From the NCBI GenBank assembly GCA_016932045.1, contig JAFGDO010000011.1, positions 5,997 through 69,996 on the forward strand: a stretch of 64,000 bases of DNA, in the 5' to 3' direction. Below the pieces are notes generated by a model. That model did no database searches, was not told where the DNA came from, and worked only from the letters and a program-made list of their open reading frames with translations. Within the stretch, counting starts at the first letter, position 1, and each line of letters begins with the position of its first letter. Shown in pieces: positions 10,108-20,316 of the stretch. The DNA comes from Candidatus Dojkabacteria bacterium. Its GTDB lineage: Bacteria > Patescibacteriota > Dojkabacteria > JAHIVN01. The position numbers and the translations under genes are program-made.

Positions 10108-11460
10108 ATGAAGAATATTTTTACTAAATTAAAAAGAAAATTGAAGTCTATTCCCGGCAAGAGAGGGAAGAGGAAAGGCTTAAGTAGGTTTAGTATATTC
10201 AGCTCTTCAAGAAACATTTTAAATAGAAAAGGAAGGTTTCAAAGCGGAATCAAGAATATGTTATCTATTCTTCTTATTTTGCTTGTAATAGGTTCAATAA
10301 TAGCATGGTTGTCGGTAACAATATATAAAGTGGTGTCAGTTGATTTTGAGCCAGATTATCGTGACAAGTATGTCGAAAAAAGCCAGGAGTGGCGTGGAGA
10401 AGGAAGGCTAAATATTCTTTTGGTAGGGCTTGATAGACGTGAAAGTGAATATGCGTTTTGTGATGCGTTAATTGTTATTATGATTGACCCGTTTGATCGC
10501 AGTATTGGAATATTCGATATAAACCCAGATACCTTGATATACCTTCAAAAGTATAATAAGAATATAAAACTTAGAAATTTATATAACTTCGGAATTTTGG
10601 AGAGTGAAGAAATCCCTGTTGAATTGCTGCTGGAAGGAGTTGAAGATTTAATATCTATTAAAATCAGTCGTTATGTTGTGGTTGATGAAGAAGGAATAAT
10701 GCGGATTGCGGATACCTTGGGAGGGGTTTATGTAAGTAATACATCTGATCTTTCGGACAAAGACATTTCGGACAATGGTAAGAATTTTAGCTTGGGGAAA
10801 GGCAATTTTCGTTTAGGCGGCCAGGATTTACTGAATTTTTTGCGTGCTGATGACGATGGGGTTGAGAGTAAATTTTTAAGACAGATAGCAGGTACCGAGG
10901 GGCTTTTTAAACGTTCTGTTAGTTATTCTGCGATTCTGAGGCTTCCAAATTTCTGGAGTCTACTTTCTCAGGAAATTCGCACAAATTTATCAAAGAAGGA
11001 GATAATGCGACTTGGGATAATGTTTGGGCAGTATAAAGATCTTAAAACAGCCTTTATGTCCATTGAAGCAGCTGAAATAAGGGAGGGAGAGAGCGGACTC
11101 ACCGTTCTCCCTATCTTTGATGAACTGGATCAGGATATACAAAGAGTATTTATTGATAATCGTGTTGGTAAAGAACAGGCTAGAGTAGAGATTTTTAATT
11201 CGACAAATATTCGAGGGCTCGGTAACTTCCGCACAAGGTGGCTCAAGAATATAGGGATTGATGTTATAAGAGTTGGTGATGCGTCACCAACTCTTGCAAA
11301 GACAACTATATATACAAGAGAAGGAGGAGAATATCCAAACACAATTGAAGCAATAGACAAGTCCTTTGATGAGGAAATTGAAGTTTTAGAAGGTGAGCTT
11401 CCTAATTTTGTATGCACAGGAGATGTGATTGTCGTTTTAGGAGCTAATGTTGAGGATTAG
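10108..11460 (+). CDS. LytR-CpsA-Psr (LCP) family cell-envelope phosphotransferase
   Basis: A TM anchor is followed by the LCP core ILLVGLDRRESEYAFCDALIVIMIDP and a C-terminal LytR_C-like domain. Confidence 0.8.
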   Translation: MKNIFTKLKRKLKSIPGKRGKRKGLSRFSIFSSSRNILNRKGRFQSGIKNMLSILLILLVIGSIIAWLSVTIYKVVSVDFEPDYRDKYVEKSQEWRGEGRLNILLVGLDRRESEYAFCDALIVIMIDPFDRSIGIFDINPDTLIYLQKYNKNIKLRNLYNFGILESEEIPVELLLEGVEDLISIKISRYVVVDEEGIMRIADTLGGVYVSNTSDLSDKDISDNGKNFSLGKGNFRLGGQDLLNFLRADDDGVESKFLRQIAGTEGLFKRSVSYSAILRLPNFWSLLSQEIRTNLSKKEIMRLGIMFGQYKDLKTAFMSIEAAEIREGESGLTVLPIFDELDQDIQRVFIDNRVGKEQARVEIFNSTNIRGLGNFRTRWLKNIGIDVIRVGDASPTLAKTTIYTREGGEYPNTIEAIDKSFDEEIEVLEGELPNFVCTGDVIVVLGANVED

Positions 11461-11507
11461 AGATGAGGCAAAAAAGGGCAGAAGGTAGTATTTCAATCAG
11501 TTAGCCT

Positions 11508-11565
11508 TTCGCTATCCGTTATTGGCTATTCTTTTTTTTGCTTAAATTAACTATCCAGCCATCTA
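11508..11565. repeat. CTATCC/CCATCT-type intergenic motif copy
   Basis: cgctatccgttattggctatt ... aactatccagccatctaacc shares ggctatt / ctatccaKCCATCT with the arrays at 39131-39345. Confidence 0.35.
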
Positions 11566-11639
11566 ACCTTTCGTCAATATTACTAGTCTCCAGTCAAACT
11601 CCTACTAGCATTTAGTAGCAAGATTTTATATTATATTGT

Positions 11640-12755
11640 ATGGATCTTGGAACCTATCTCGAACAATTGTATGAGATTTTGACATACATTCTTGATCAGA
11701 TAAACCTGAGCAGCTTGTCTAAATATTACAACTACTTCTTTGTAGCGGTGATTTTCCTTATAGTGATCTTGTTTATCAGCTATGTAATTAAGAAAAGGCA
11801 TGCTTTGGCAGAATATATAGAAGATGGAGTTGCTCTTCTGGTAGATTTTTCACAGATAGGTGGGGAGGGTGTAGAAGTCGATGATATCTTGGCAGACTTT
11901 TATAATATCTTCTATCAAACATATGGAAGGAAACAGTATTTTTCCATTGAATTCTTAATAAGAAGTGAAAAAATCTCGACATTTATTTTCTTCCCGCGAG
12001 GAGTTCTTGAGAATATAAAAAAGGTCCTTGTATCTAGAAGGTTGAAATTTAAGGATGTGACAAGCTTTAGGGAGCGATTTTTGGATAGTCTGGAAAATGG
12101 TGTGATGGGCTTAGACCTCGAGCTTGCAAAGGATTTTATTTTTCCTCTCGGACTTAAACAAAAGTCCTTGAGTCTTGCTAGTATTATAGAGAAGGGGGAA
12201 TGGTTGTTTATACAGTTGCTTTGCAGACCCGCTCATGATAGATGGCGGAAGGCACTAGATCGATATTTGCTTAATTTAAAAAAGGGCAAGGAGGTATTAT
12301 ATTCAGGCTGTTTGGGGGGTTTTTTAAGAGTTGTTTCACCTGTCTTTACATTTATCGCCAACATGCTCACTTTTTTGATTCATGGAAGTTCGGGAAAAAC
12401 TGCAGAAGTCAAAAGAGAGGAGATAGATGATCACCTGAAAAGAAAATTTGATTTAGTTAGCCTGAAGAGAGGAGAGCACGGTTTTGAAACAGCTTTTAGA
12501 GTTTTTGCTCAGGGTTTTGACAAAGAGCGTGGTTATTATATACTTGAGCAATTGCTGGATCTCGTTTCAAATGGAACAAGTTCTCCTGAAACTCAAGATG
12601 AAGAAATGAATTCCTATGTGGCCACTCGTGCGTATGATAAATTCAAGTCAAGCCTTAGAAACGATCTAATACTTGCGAATATGGAGGCGACTTCTGTTGA
12701 TGTTCTAAATAAAAGGGAGTTATCTTCGTTAGTTAGTATGCTAAGGAAACTTTAA
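11640..12755 (+). CDS. Hypothetical membrane-anchored protein
   Basis: 371-aa ORF with an N-terminal TM; no motif I recognise. Confidence 0.45.
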   Translation: MDLGTYLEQLYEILTYILDQINLSSLSKYYNYFFVAVIFLIVILFISYVIKKRHALAEYIEDGVALLVDFSQIGGEGVEVDDILADFYNIFYQTYGRKQYFSIEFLIRSEKISTFIFFPRGVLENIKKVLVSRRLKFKDVTSFRERFLDSLENGVMGLDLELAKDFIFPLGLKQKSLSLASIIEKGEWLFIQLLCRPAHDRWRKALDRYLLNLKKGKEVLYSGCLGGFLRVVSPVFTFIANMLTFLIHGSSGKTAEVKREEIDDHLKRKFDLVSLKRGEHGFETAFRVFAQGFDKERGYYILEQLLDLVSNGTSSPETQDEEMNSYVATRAYDKFKSSLRNDLILANMEATSVDVLNKRELSSLVSMLRKL

Positions 12756-12947
12756 GGATGATCTAAAAGATGAAATCTACCCTCTGTATTCAAGCCTACC
12801 TATGAGTCTCTAAATTAATTAATGGAGGCGGAAAAATTCTCCTTATGAGCATAACACTTGTTGTCATAATTGACCGGATGTATAATCAAAGATAGACATT
12901 TTATATAGAATAGCAATGATTCTTCATTTTAGTTTATATTCTTTATT

Positions 12948-13721
12948 ATGTCAGGGCATTCAAAATGGAAGAAAATTAAAAGACAGAAGGGTGTAGCTGA
13001 TCTTAAGAGAGGAAATCTTTTTACAAAGCTTGGCCAGGCAATAAGTATTGCCGTTAGAGAAGGTGGAGGTGGTGATCCTGATATGAATTTTGCCCTCAGA
13101 TTAGTTCTAGATAAGGCAAAGGACGTCAACATGCCTAAGGATACTATTGAAAGGGCGATTCAAAAGGGACTTGGTCAAGGTGATAGTGGGCCACTTGAAT
13201 CAATAACATATGAAGTAGTAGGGCCGGATGGAATAGCAATCCTTGTAGATTGTATGACAGATAATAAGAATCGAACAATTACTGAGATTAAAAAAGTTTT
13301 AACAAAGACTGATTTCAGTATCGGCGGGGGGAGTTTAAAATGGCAGTTTGAAGAAAAAGGGAGCATTATTCTTGAATCTTTTGAAGAGGCGAAGGAGATT
13401 GTAAAGGGAAAAGAAGAAATATGCTACAAAAGAATTGATAAAGACGAAACTATATTGAAATTAATGGAGATTGATGGGGTAGAGGATGTAATAGAGAACG
13501 GGCAGGAAATTATTGTATATACAGCCAAAAAGAAGTTACAAAGGGTTTTTGGGAGTATAAAGGATTTAGGATTAAAGGTGACAGGGGTCGAGATTATCAA
13601 ATTGGCGAAGAATTATTTAGATATTCAAGATGCACAGAAGAGGAGAATATTATCGCTGATGGAAGAGATAGATGAGAATCCTGATGTTACAGCTACATGG
13701 ACCAATGTGAAATTACAATAG
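12948..13721 (+). CDS. yebC: YebC/PmpR-family DNA-binding regulator
   Basis: The hallmark N-terminus MSGHSKWKKIKRQKGVADLKRGNLFTKL is present. Confidence 0.9.
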   Translation: MSGHSKWKKIKRQKGVADLKRGNLFTKLGQAISIAVREGGGGDPDMNFALRLVLDKAKDVNMPKDTIERAIQKGLGQGDSGPLESITYEVVGPDGIAILVDCMTDNKNRTITEIKKVLTKTDFSIGGGSLKWQFEEKGSIILESFEEAKEIVKGKEEICYKRIDKDETILKLMEIDGVEDVIENGQEIIVYTAKKKLQRVFGSIKDLGLKVTGVEIIKLAKNYLDIQDAQKRRILSLMEEIDENPDVTATWTNVKLQ

Positions 13722-13746
13722 ATAGATAAGATATTATAGATAGATT

Positions 13747-14238
13747 ATGAGGGTGCTGGGTATTGACTGTGGGATAGCTATAACGGGTTGGGCAGTACTT
13801 GAGCGATTGGATGGGATAGGTAATAAGGCGCCGGATATAATTGATTATGGAGTAATTCGAACAGATTCAGGTCAGGTAATGTCGCATCGATTATCGAAAT
13901 TGTATGAAGAGGTTATAGGAAAGATTAATCTTTACAAACCAGAGAGCGCAGCCATAGAAAGCCTCTTTTACTTTAGAAATCAAAAAACCGTTATGAGCGT
14001 GGGACAGGCACGTGGAGTGATTATACTAGCTTGTGCGCATAAGGATCTGCCGACACATGATTATACACCTCTACAAGTTAAACAGGCCGTTGTTGGTTAC
14101 GGAAAGGCCGAAAAGAAGCAAGTACAGAGAATGATTAAGCTGATTTTAAAACTAGAAGAAACTCCAAAACCTGATGATGCTGCCGACGCTTTAGCTGTTG
14201 CCTTATGTCATTTAAATAGTTTTAATGGTAGAAGGTGA
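13747..14238 (+). CDS. ruvC: Holliday junction resolvase RuvC
   Basis: MRVLGIDCGIAITGWAVLE carries the catalytic Asp. Length is 163 aa. Confidence 0.9.
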   Translation: MRVLGIDCGIAITGWAVLERLDGIGNKAPDIIDYGVIRTDSGQVMSHRLSKLYEEVIGKINLYKPESAAIESLFYFRNQKTVMSVGQARGVIILACAHKDLPTHDYTPLQVKQAVVGYGKAEKKQVQRMIKLILKLEETPKPDDAADALAVALCHLNSFNGRR

Positions 14239-14313
14239 AAGGTCTAAGACATAGTGTGGAAAGTGGAAAAGGACGTTAAAATGCATTCTTAACTTAATAC
14301 TTATTACTTAAAA

Positions 14314-14919
14314 ATGATTGGTTATCTTAGAGGAAAAGTTAAATATCAAACAGATGGATATTTATTAGTTGAATGTTCAGGTGTCGGTTATAAGGTTGAG
14401 GTAGGAAAGATTTCCTTGTCCTTGGGAGTTGACAAGGATATAGAATTGTACATATATACTCATATGCGTGAAAATGAACTTCGCCTTTTTGGTTTCGAGA
14501 CTCCTGAGGAGTTATCGCTTTTTGAGATGCTTATCGATATAAGTGGGGTTGGTCCTAAGGTAGCGATTTCTTTACTGAAAGAATTAGGAGTTAAGAAAAT
14601 AGTAAGTAGTATCCTTGAGAAGAAAGCTTCAGGATTAAAGGTGAGCGGGGTAGGGTTAAAGACGGCGGATAAGATAGTTTTAGAGCTACACGATAAATTG
14701 AAGAAGAAGGGGTATGTTATAAGTGAAAGGGAGAAAAAGCAAGCTATAATCGATGACGAGCTCGATGACAGAATAGAAGAAGCAAAGGCAGCCCTAATTA
14801 GTCTGGGGTATTCACTGAAAGATATTAAGGCTGTGATTGCGAATATAAAAGATAAACAAGGGCTTTCAGATTTAAGTTCAGAAAAGCTTGTAAAATATAT
14901 GCTTTCTGAAATGAAATAA
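14314..14919 (+). CDS. ruvA: Holliday junction branch-migration protein RuvA
   Basis: MIGYLRGKV...GVGYKVEV is present. The HhH domain [14 protein letters not shown] is present. Confidence 0.9.
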   Translation: MIGYLRGKVKYQTDGYLLVECSGVGYKVEVGKISLSLGVDKDIELYIYTHMRENELRLFGFETPEELSLFEMLIDISGVGPKVAISLLKELGVKKIVSSILEKKASGLKVSGVGLKTADKIVLELHDKLKKKGYVISEREKKQAIIDDELDDRIEEAKAALISLGYSLKDIKAVIANIKDKQGLSDLSSEKLVKYMLSEMK

Positions 14920-15953
14920 TGGATGATAAGGAAAAGAGTAAAAAATTATCCTCAAATAATTCGGACACTAACGGAGAATTCGAGAGTTCTTTAAGGCCGA
15001 AAAAGTTTACACAGGTTATTGGGAGAAAGAAAGAGAAAAAGAACTTACAAATCATGATTGAGGCTGCTTGTCGAAGGAATGAAGCCCTTGATCATATTCT
15101 ATTTTATGGTCCCCCGGGGCTTGGGAAGACGACTCTTGCAAATGTTGTTGCAAATGAGTTGGGTGTTGATATCTTGGTAACATCTGGTCCGGCCTTAGAA
15201 AGACAGGGCGATTTGGCATCTATTCTAACAAATCTTCCTAAAAGAGGAGTTCTTTTTATAGATGAGATACATAGGTTAAACAGCTCTGTGGAAGAGATAA
15301 TGTATCCTGCAATGGAGGATAAGGCTATTGACATTGTTATTGGGAAAGGACCTTCTGCAAGAACCCTGCGTTTAGATCTTGAGGATTTTACTCTTGTAGG
15401 GGCAACAACTAGAATAGGTCTTGTAAGTTCACCGCTAAGAAATCGTTTTGGTGCATGTATGCGTCTTGATTTTTACTCGCCTGCAGAATTAAAAGAGATG
15501 GTATTTCAGAAGGCTAGAATATTAAAGACAGATATTGAGGATGATGCGGCATATGAGATTGGAAAAAGATCTAGAGGGACGGCTAGAATTGCGATTCGAC
15601 ACCTTAAAAGAGTTAGAGATTATGCACAAGTAACAAATATTAGAAGAATTGACCTTAAAGTTGTAGATAAGGTTTTGAGGATGCATGATATTGACGATGC
15701 TGGACTGGATGATGTTGATAGAAAGATACTTAAACTTGTTATTGAGGATTTTGTTGGTGGGCCAGTCGGAATATCGACAATTGCAGCAGCTTTGTCTGAA
15801 GAAGTATCAACCATTGCAGATGTTTACGAACCGTTCCTCATTCAGGAAGGTTTTATAAAGAGGACTTCTAGAGGGCGTGTTGTAACACCAAAGGCATATA
15901 AGCAGCTAGGAATAGATTATGAAGAGACTGCTAAACAACAGGATTTAATTTAA
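14919..15953 (+). CDS. ruvB: Holliday junction ATP-dependent helicase RuvB
   Basis: [26 protein letters not shown] is the Walker A motif. The TAATG stop/start overlaps ruvA. Confidence 0.95.
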   Translation: MDDKEKSKKLSSNNSDTNGEFESSLRPKKFTQVIGRKKEKKNLQIMIEAACRRNEALDHILFYGPPGLGKTTLANVVANELGVDILVTSGPALERQGDLASILTNLPKRGVLFIDEIHRLNSSVEEIMYPAMEDKAIDIVIGKGPSARTLRLDLEDFTLVGATTRIGLVSSPLRNRFGACMRLDFYSPAELKEMVFQKARILKTDIEDDAAYEIGKRSRGTARIAIRHLKRVRDYAQVTNIRRIDLKVVDKVLRMHDIDDAGLDDVDRKILKLVIEDFVGGPVGISTIAAALSEEVSTIADVYEPFLIQEGFIKRTSRGRVVTPKAYKQLGIDYEETAKQQDLI

Positions 15954-15964
15954 CAAAACAAAAC

Positions 15965-16777
15965 ATGAGTCTTAGAACAAAAGCTATCGTTTTAAGTGTT
16001 CTCGTGATTATTATATCTTTAATTCTGCAAACAGTTGACCTTAGCAGTACCATTAGCTTCACTCAAGAGATAGCAAAGGCACTACTTGTTGCGGGAGTAT
16101 TTTTGGTGGGGTTGTATTGGGTCCTAGGTTTTAAAATCAAAGGAATCAGGCTGCTTACTATACTTGGTTATTCTTCCTATATTGTTTTTATTCAAGCATT
16201 ATTTATTGAACTAGTCATATTCCAAAGTGAAGGTAGGATAAGTGAGAGGACATTTTCTTTGCTTGTGCTTTTCTTTTTTGGGATAAGCATATATCTTCTT
16301 ATCCTTACAATGAATATATTAAATATTTCCTATATTTCTAAAATCCCCCTAGCGCAGGCTGCAAAAGCAGCGAATTTCTTGTTTACTTTATTTGGGGCTT
16401 ATTTCTCATTTTTACTTATACTGAGGTCTGGGGTCTTTGTTGTAATAAAGCTCATTGTATTTTCCTTTGTAGTATTCTTACTAACACTAAATATCTTTTG
16501 GTTTAAAAAGGAATCTGCCAGGCAACTTTTTGGTGAGACTGTTGCAGTTGTATTGAGCATTGCAACTGCATTTGTGATTTTTATAATTTGGCCTCTCTCA
16601 GTTGAAGTGGCAACTATGTTTTATGTCATTGTTTACTATATATTTCTCAGTCTGGGGCTTGAGGAAAAAGAAACAACTTCAACAGCAATGAGGGTAGAGT
16701 ACATGATACTGCTTTTCCTGGCAGTATTTCTCCTCTTAAAACTAGCAGTCTGGGGTATTAATGGCGCTTTCATCTAG
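15965..16777 (+). CDS. Polytopic membrane protein of unknown function
   Basis: 270 aa, ~8 hydrophobic segments. Confidence 0.5.
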   Translation: MSLRTKAIVLSVLVIIISLILQTVDLSSTISFTQEIAKALLVAGVFLVGLYWVLGFKIKGIRLLTILGYSSYIVFIQALFIELVIFQSEGRISERTFSLLVLFFFGISIYLLILTMNILNISYISKIPLAQAAKAANFLFTLFGAYFSFLLILRSGVFVVIKLIVFSFVVFLLTLNIFWFKKESARQLFGETVAVVLSIATAFVIFIIWPLSVEVATMFYVIVYYIFLSLGLEEKETTSTAMRVEYMILLFLAVFLLLKLAVWGINGAFI

Positions 16778-17748
16778 ATGTTAATTTTTTCTTATATATC
16801 AGAACACTATCTAAATCCTGTGCTCCGGTTTAATTTGTTCAATATGTTAAATAAATTACTGCTTTATATTTGTCTAATTTATTCACCTGAAAGTCTTGGA
16901 TCATGAAGGCTTGAGTAACAGAGTAGGGGAGCAGGGCAAGAAAAATCCGAGACCAACGATTATTATAGGATAAAATACTATAAGATACACAATATTTTTC
17001 GAATTAGGAGGTTAAAAGAATAAGAAGTTCTAGAAGCAAGGAAGATCCAGATGTTCAAGGTATAACTTGCCCCATTATATTCAGCTGTACTATTTCACAA
17101 GAATGTTTCACAATGGATGATACGATTGTGGATAACTGTGTGGTACTAACGAGGGTGGGTTGTAGGTGACTGTGTAAAACTATTGTGATCAACTATAGAT
17201 AAGCACAAGTCGGTAGTTGGAAATAAAGGGGGAAGAAAATAAGGTTGTGTTCTAATTCGTGCATCTACTCCTCTAGTATAAAATAGGTGCCTAAAGTTAC
17301 AAAGTATATGGTGCGTATAATCACCCTTATATGCAGTAACATAGAGTAGAAACGTGGGGTATACATAATTTTGGAAATTTTTACGGCAAATCAATTTGTG
17401 TCATTTCATTATTTTTAAATTTATAGGATATTTTTTATGTTAATCCTTCTCTAATATTTATATGTGTTTCCAGTATACTTTAGTTTAGTTATACCAGGAA
17501 TTGGGCCAATACCCATTTGATGGTTAACGAGTTTTTCGTTCAAGAGAGGGTATTTTGAGAAATTTTAGTGATAAGATTTGTTTCAGCTTGAAAAAGGCAC
17601 TCCCCCATCGACTACCAGTTCACTCTCTCGCCTTTTTTTGGTAAGCTTATACTATGGATATGTATTTACAATAGTTAATAACCAGAGTAGTCAAACCAAA
17701 TAGATTGAAAAGTGCTGTATCTCAAGCCTAAATTAATAAATAGTATAA

Positions 17749-18792
17749 ATGAAGAATAATTTTTTGCCACATATTGAAGACTTTTTACTGGATCTTACAA
17801 ATAATAATTACAGTTTAGAGACAGTTAAAAATTATAAGAGAGACCTTTTTATTTTTTATAGATTCCTGAAGTTACAAAACCTTTCTTTCAAAAAAACAAA
17901 TAAGAAAACAATAACTTTGTATAAGGGATTCTTAAAAAGTAAAAAATACTTAGAGTTTTTAGAAGGAATTGATGATTATGCCCGAGATGACGGCAATATC
18001 TCAAAATCGAGCTCTAAGGGGCCTAGAAGTGACGAAAGTGATAAGAGTAGACTATCAAGTCGTTCAATAAATCGTATGTTGTCATCCCTTCGGTCATATT
18101 TACGCTTTCTTATCGAATTTGATTATAAGACCCCTCTTGCACCTGATGCTATAAAATTGATAAAAACCGAACGGACTATTTCTCAGGTCGCAGAGTTTGT
18201 AGAACTTGTTAAGCTTGTTGAGTTCCCAAGTTCATTTGAAAAGAATAAATTTATTGCCAAAAGAAACCGAGCAATTTTAGAACTATTATTTTCTTCGGGT
18301 ATGAGAATTTCAGAACTTGTTAATTTGAATCTAGAAGATTTAGATCTTACCGAAGATCGGAAAAATATAAGACAGGGAAAAATTTTTATAATGGGAAAAG
18401 GAAAAAAACAACGATTTGTTTACTTGACCGAAAGATCTAAAAAATATTTATCGGAATACTTAAGTCTGCGAGATGATAGTTTCACAGCGCTTTTTATACC
18501 TACGAAAGGGACAAGGTTAAAAATGGAAAACGTTGAGAAAATACGCATATCAGCAAGATATATACAGGCACGTATTGCCTTGTATCGGAGGTATCTAGGT
18601 ATAATTGTGCCTACGACTCCGCATAGTTTACGTCATGGATTTGCTACATATTTAGCCGAACATGGTGCAAGTCCTGCGGCCATTCAGCATTTGCTTGGTC
18701 ACGAGTCACTACAGACAACAACCAGATATGTACACGCTTCAGATAAGTTTGCTGAAGAATCACATAGGAAGTATCACCCTTTGAAGAAGTAA
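17749..18792 (+). CDS. Tyrosine site-specific recombinase, XerC/XerD family, with an insertion in the N-terminal domain
   Basis: The C-terminus HSLRHGFATYLAEHGASPAAIQHLLGHESLQTTTRYVH has the R..HxxR..Y catalytic box. The N-terminal SAM-like core is ETVKNYKRDL...LSSLRSYLRFL. Confidence 0.85.
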   Translation: MKNNFLPHIEDFLLDLTNNNYSLETVKNYKRDLFIFYRFLKLQNLSFKKTNKKTITLYKGFLKSKKYLEFLEGIDDYARDDGNISKSSSKGPRSDESDKSRLSSRSINRMLSSLRSYLRFLIEFDYKTPLAPDAIKLIKTERTISQVAEFVELVKLVEFPSSFEKNKFIAKRNRAILELLFSSGMRISELVNLNLEDLDLTEDRKNIRQGKIFIMGKGKKQRFVYLTERSKKYLSEYLSLRDDSFTALFIPTKGTRLKMENVEKIRISARYIQARIALYRRYLGIIVPTTPHSLRHGFATYLAEHGASPAAIQHLLGHESLQTTTRYVHASDKFAEESHRKYHPLKK

Positions 18793-18856
18793 TTTCAATT
18801 AAAGTAATCTGAACTACATCAATATCATTGGATTGACCGGCTAAATCTGAGTTGAA

Positions 18857-18890
18857 CTGAATAGCTGGATGGTCAGATGGTCGGAAGGTC
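18857..18890. repeat. CAGATGG/CTGGATGG motif copy, reverse orientation of the CCATCY family
   Basis: aatagctggatggtcagatggtcggaagg resembles tagatagtcagatagctggatag at 36163. Confidence 0.35.
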
Positions 18891-19045
18891 ACATTGTTTC
18901 ATTGCTGCTACTTTGTACTTCATACCTTTAATCATATGCTTTTCTTGCTTTTTTCTTTCTGCCCTTCCGTTTCATGCGTGAAACACTTATCTTACTTTGC
19001 CAAAAAGATTTTCTGTATAAATACAGCTTGCAATCATAACTTATA

Positions 19046-19498
19046 TTATCCTATCTCTTCTATCCTATAGTGGATTTTGCCCTTAGGAGTTTCGACTCTT
19101 ATCTCCTCCCCTACTCTTTTGCCTTGGACAGCTTTCCCAACGGGAGAATTTATAGAGATTTGCCTCTCTTCTTGGGAATATATCTCTTCCACAAGCCGAA
19201 AGCGAACCTCTGTTTTGCTATTTTTGATAAGTATATTATTTCCAGGTTGCGCTTTGTTACCTATTATTGTTTCACCAGTATTTTTGTGATTTTCCGCAAG
19301 CTTTCTTTGTAGTCTTTCCATATATTTTTCGATAACACGTCTTTCCTCGACAAGTTGTTGATAGTCAAGAGCGCCTGATTCACTTGAGTAGTTTCCCCGC
19401 TCATCTTCTAATTGTTTGGTGAGCTGATTATATTTCTCTCTGATGTTGGAAAGTTTTAATTCTAAATCCTTTATTCTTTTATCTGCAGTCTTACTCAT
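19046..19498 (-). CDS. greA: Transcription elongation factor GreA-family protein
   Basis: An N-terminal coiled coil is followed by the C-terminal FKBP-like domain INSPVGKAVQGKRVGEEIRVETPKGKIHYRIEEI. Confidence 0.85.
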   Translation of the reverse strand: MSKTADKRIKDLELKLSNIREKYNQLTKQLEDERGNYSSESGALDYQQLVEERRVIEKYMERLQRKLAENHKNTGETIIGNKAQPGNNILIKNSKTEVRFRLVEEIYSQEERQISINSPVGKAVQGKRVGEEIRVETPKGKIHYRIEEIG

Positions 19499-19679
19499 TT
19501 CAAATACTCCATGTTTATAGAAATTTATAAACTCCTTTTCCTAAACGCAATAGCAAAACAAATATTACAATCTTATATAAACTATATATTTCAAAGGAAT
19601 TGTGTAAGTTTGTATTAAACTCCTAAGCGGATAAATTATAAAAGAGTGTTTTGATATTCTTTTTCTGTTATTTAGAGCA

Positions 19680-20141
19680 TTACATGTATCTTATTTCTTC
19701 GATTCTGTATGGTACCTGTCCTCTTGGTGATTCTACAAGAATTTCCTCACCTAAGCTTCTACCCATGGCAGCTTTACCAATAGGAGAAAGGTTTGACACA
19801 AGTCCATCTGTAGGTCTTGCATCGCAAGCTGATACAATGCAAACTTCTAGGTCATGAGAGTGATTCTTAAGCTTGATGCAGCAGCCTACTTCTACTTTTT
19901 CGAGCGCTTTATCTTTATTTTGTCCCATTCTTTGTTGCAGTTGTATTCTTCTCTTTGTAATTGCTATCTGTTTCGAGATAAATTCTCGTTCAGTCTGTAA
20001 AAAGTACAGACTTTCATTTTCATCTGAGGTCACAAGATCTCTCTCTCGTGAGATTTGTTCAGTAAGTTCCTGATATTTTTCGGCAAGACAGGCTAGGCGT
20101 TCTTCTAAATCTTTTATTTGTAAACATTTTTGAGTATTCAT
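19680..20141 (-). CDS. Second GreA/Gfh-family paralog. Start chosen at the internal ATG MNTQKC; the open frame extends to 20336.
   Basis: The coiled coil IKDLEERLACLAEKYQELTEQ has the tip SDENESLY. The C-terminal domain is LSPIGKAAMGRSLGEEILVESPRGQVPYRIEEI. Confidence 0.65.
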   Translation of the reverse strand: MNTQKCLQIKDLEERLACLAEKYQELTEQISRERDLVTSDENESLYFLQTEREFISKQIAITKRRIQLQQRMGQNKDKALEKVEVGCCIKLKNHSHDLEVCIVSACDARPTDGLVSNLSPIGKAAMGRSLGEEILVESPRGQVPYRIEEIRYM

Positions 20142-20316
20142 ACTAGAAATATAATAAATTAATTCTGAACCCAGTATGAATTTATCAAAGAGAGGAAGCT
20201 GATGCTTGATTTTTATATACTTTATTTCTGACAGGTTGGAAATTCTATATTTAAGAAATGTGCTATTTTGCTGGGGTTTAACGACCTGACGGGAATGTGT
20301 GGTTTCTGACAGAATA

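Noticed and set aside
19070-19312. Two short plus-strand ORFs
   Set aside because: They are antisense to the greA gene and are shadow ORFs.
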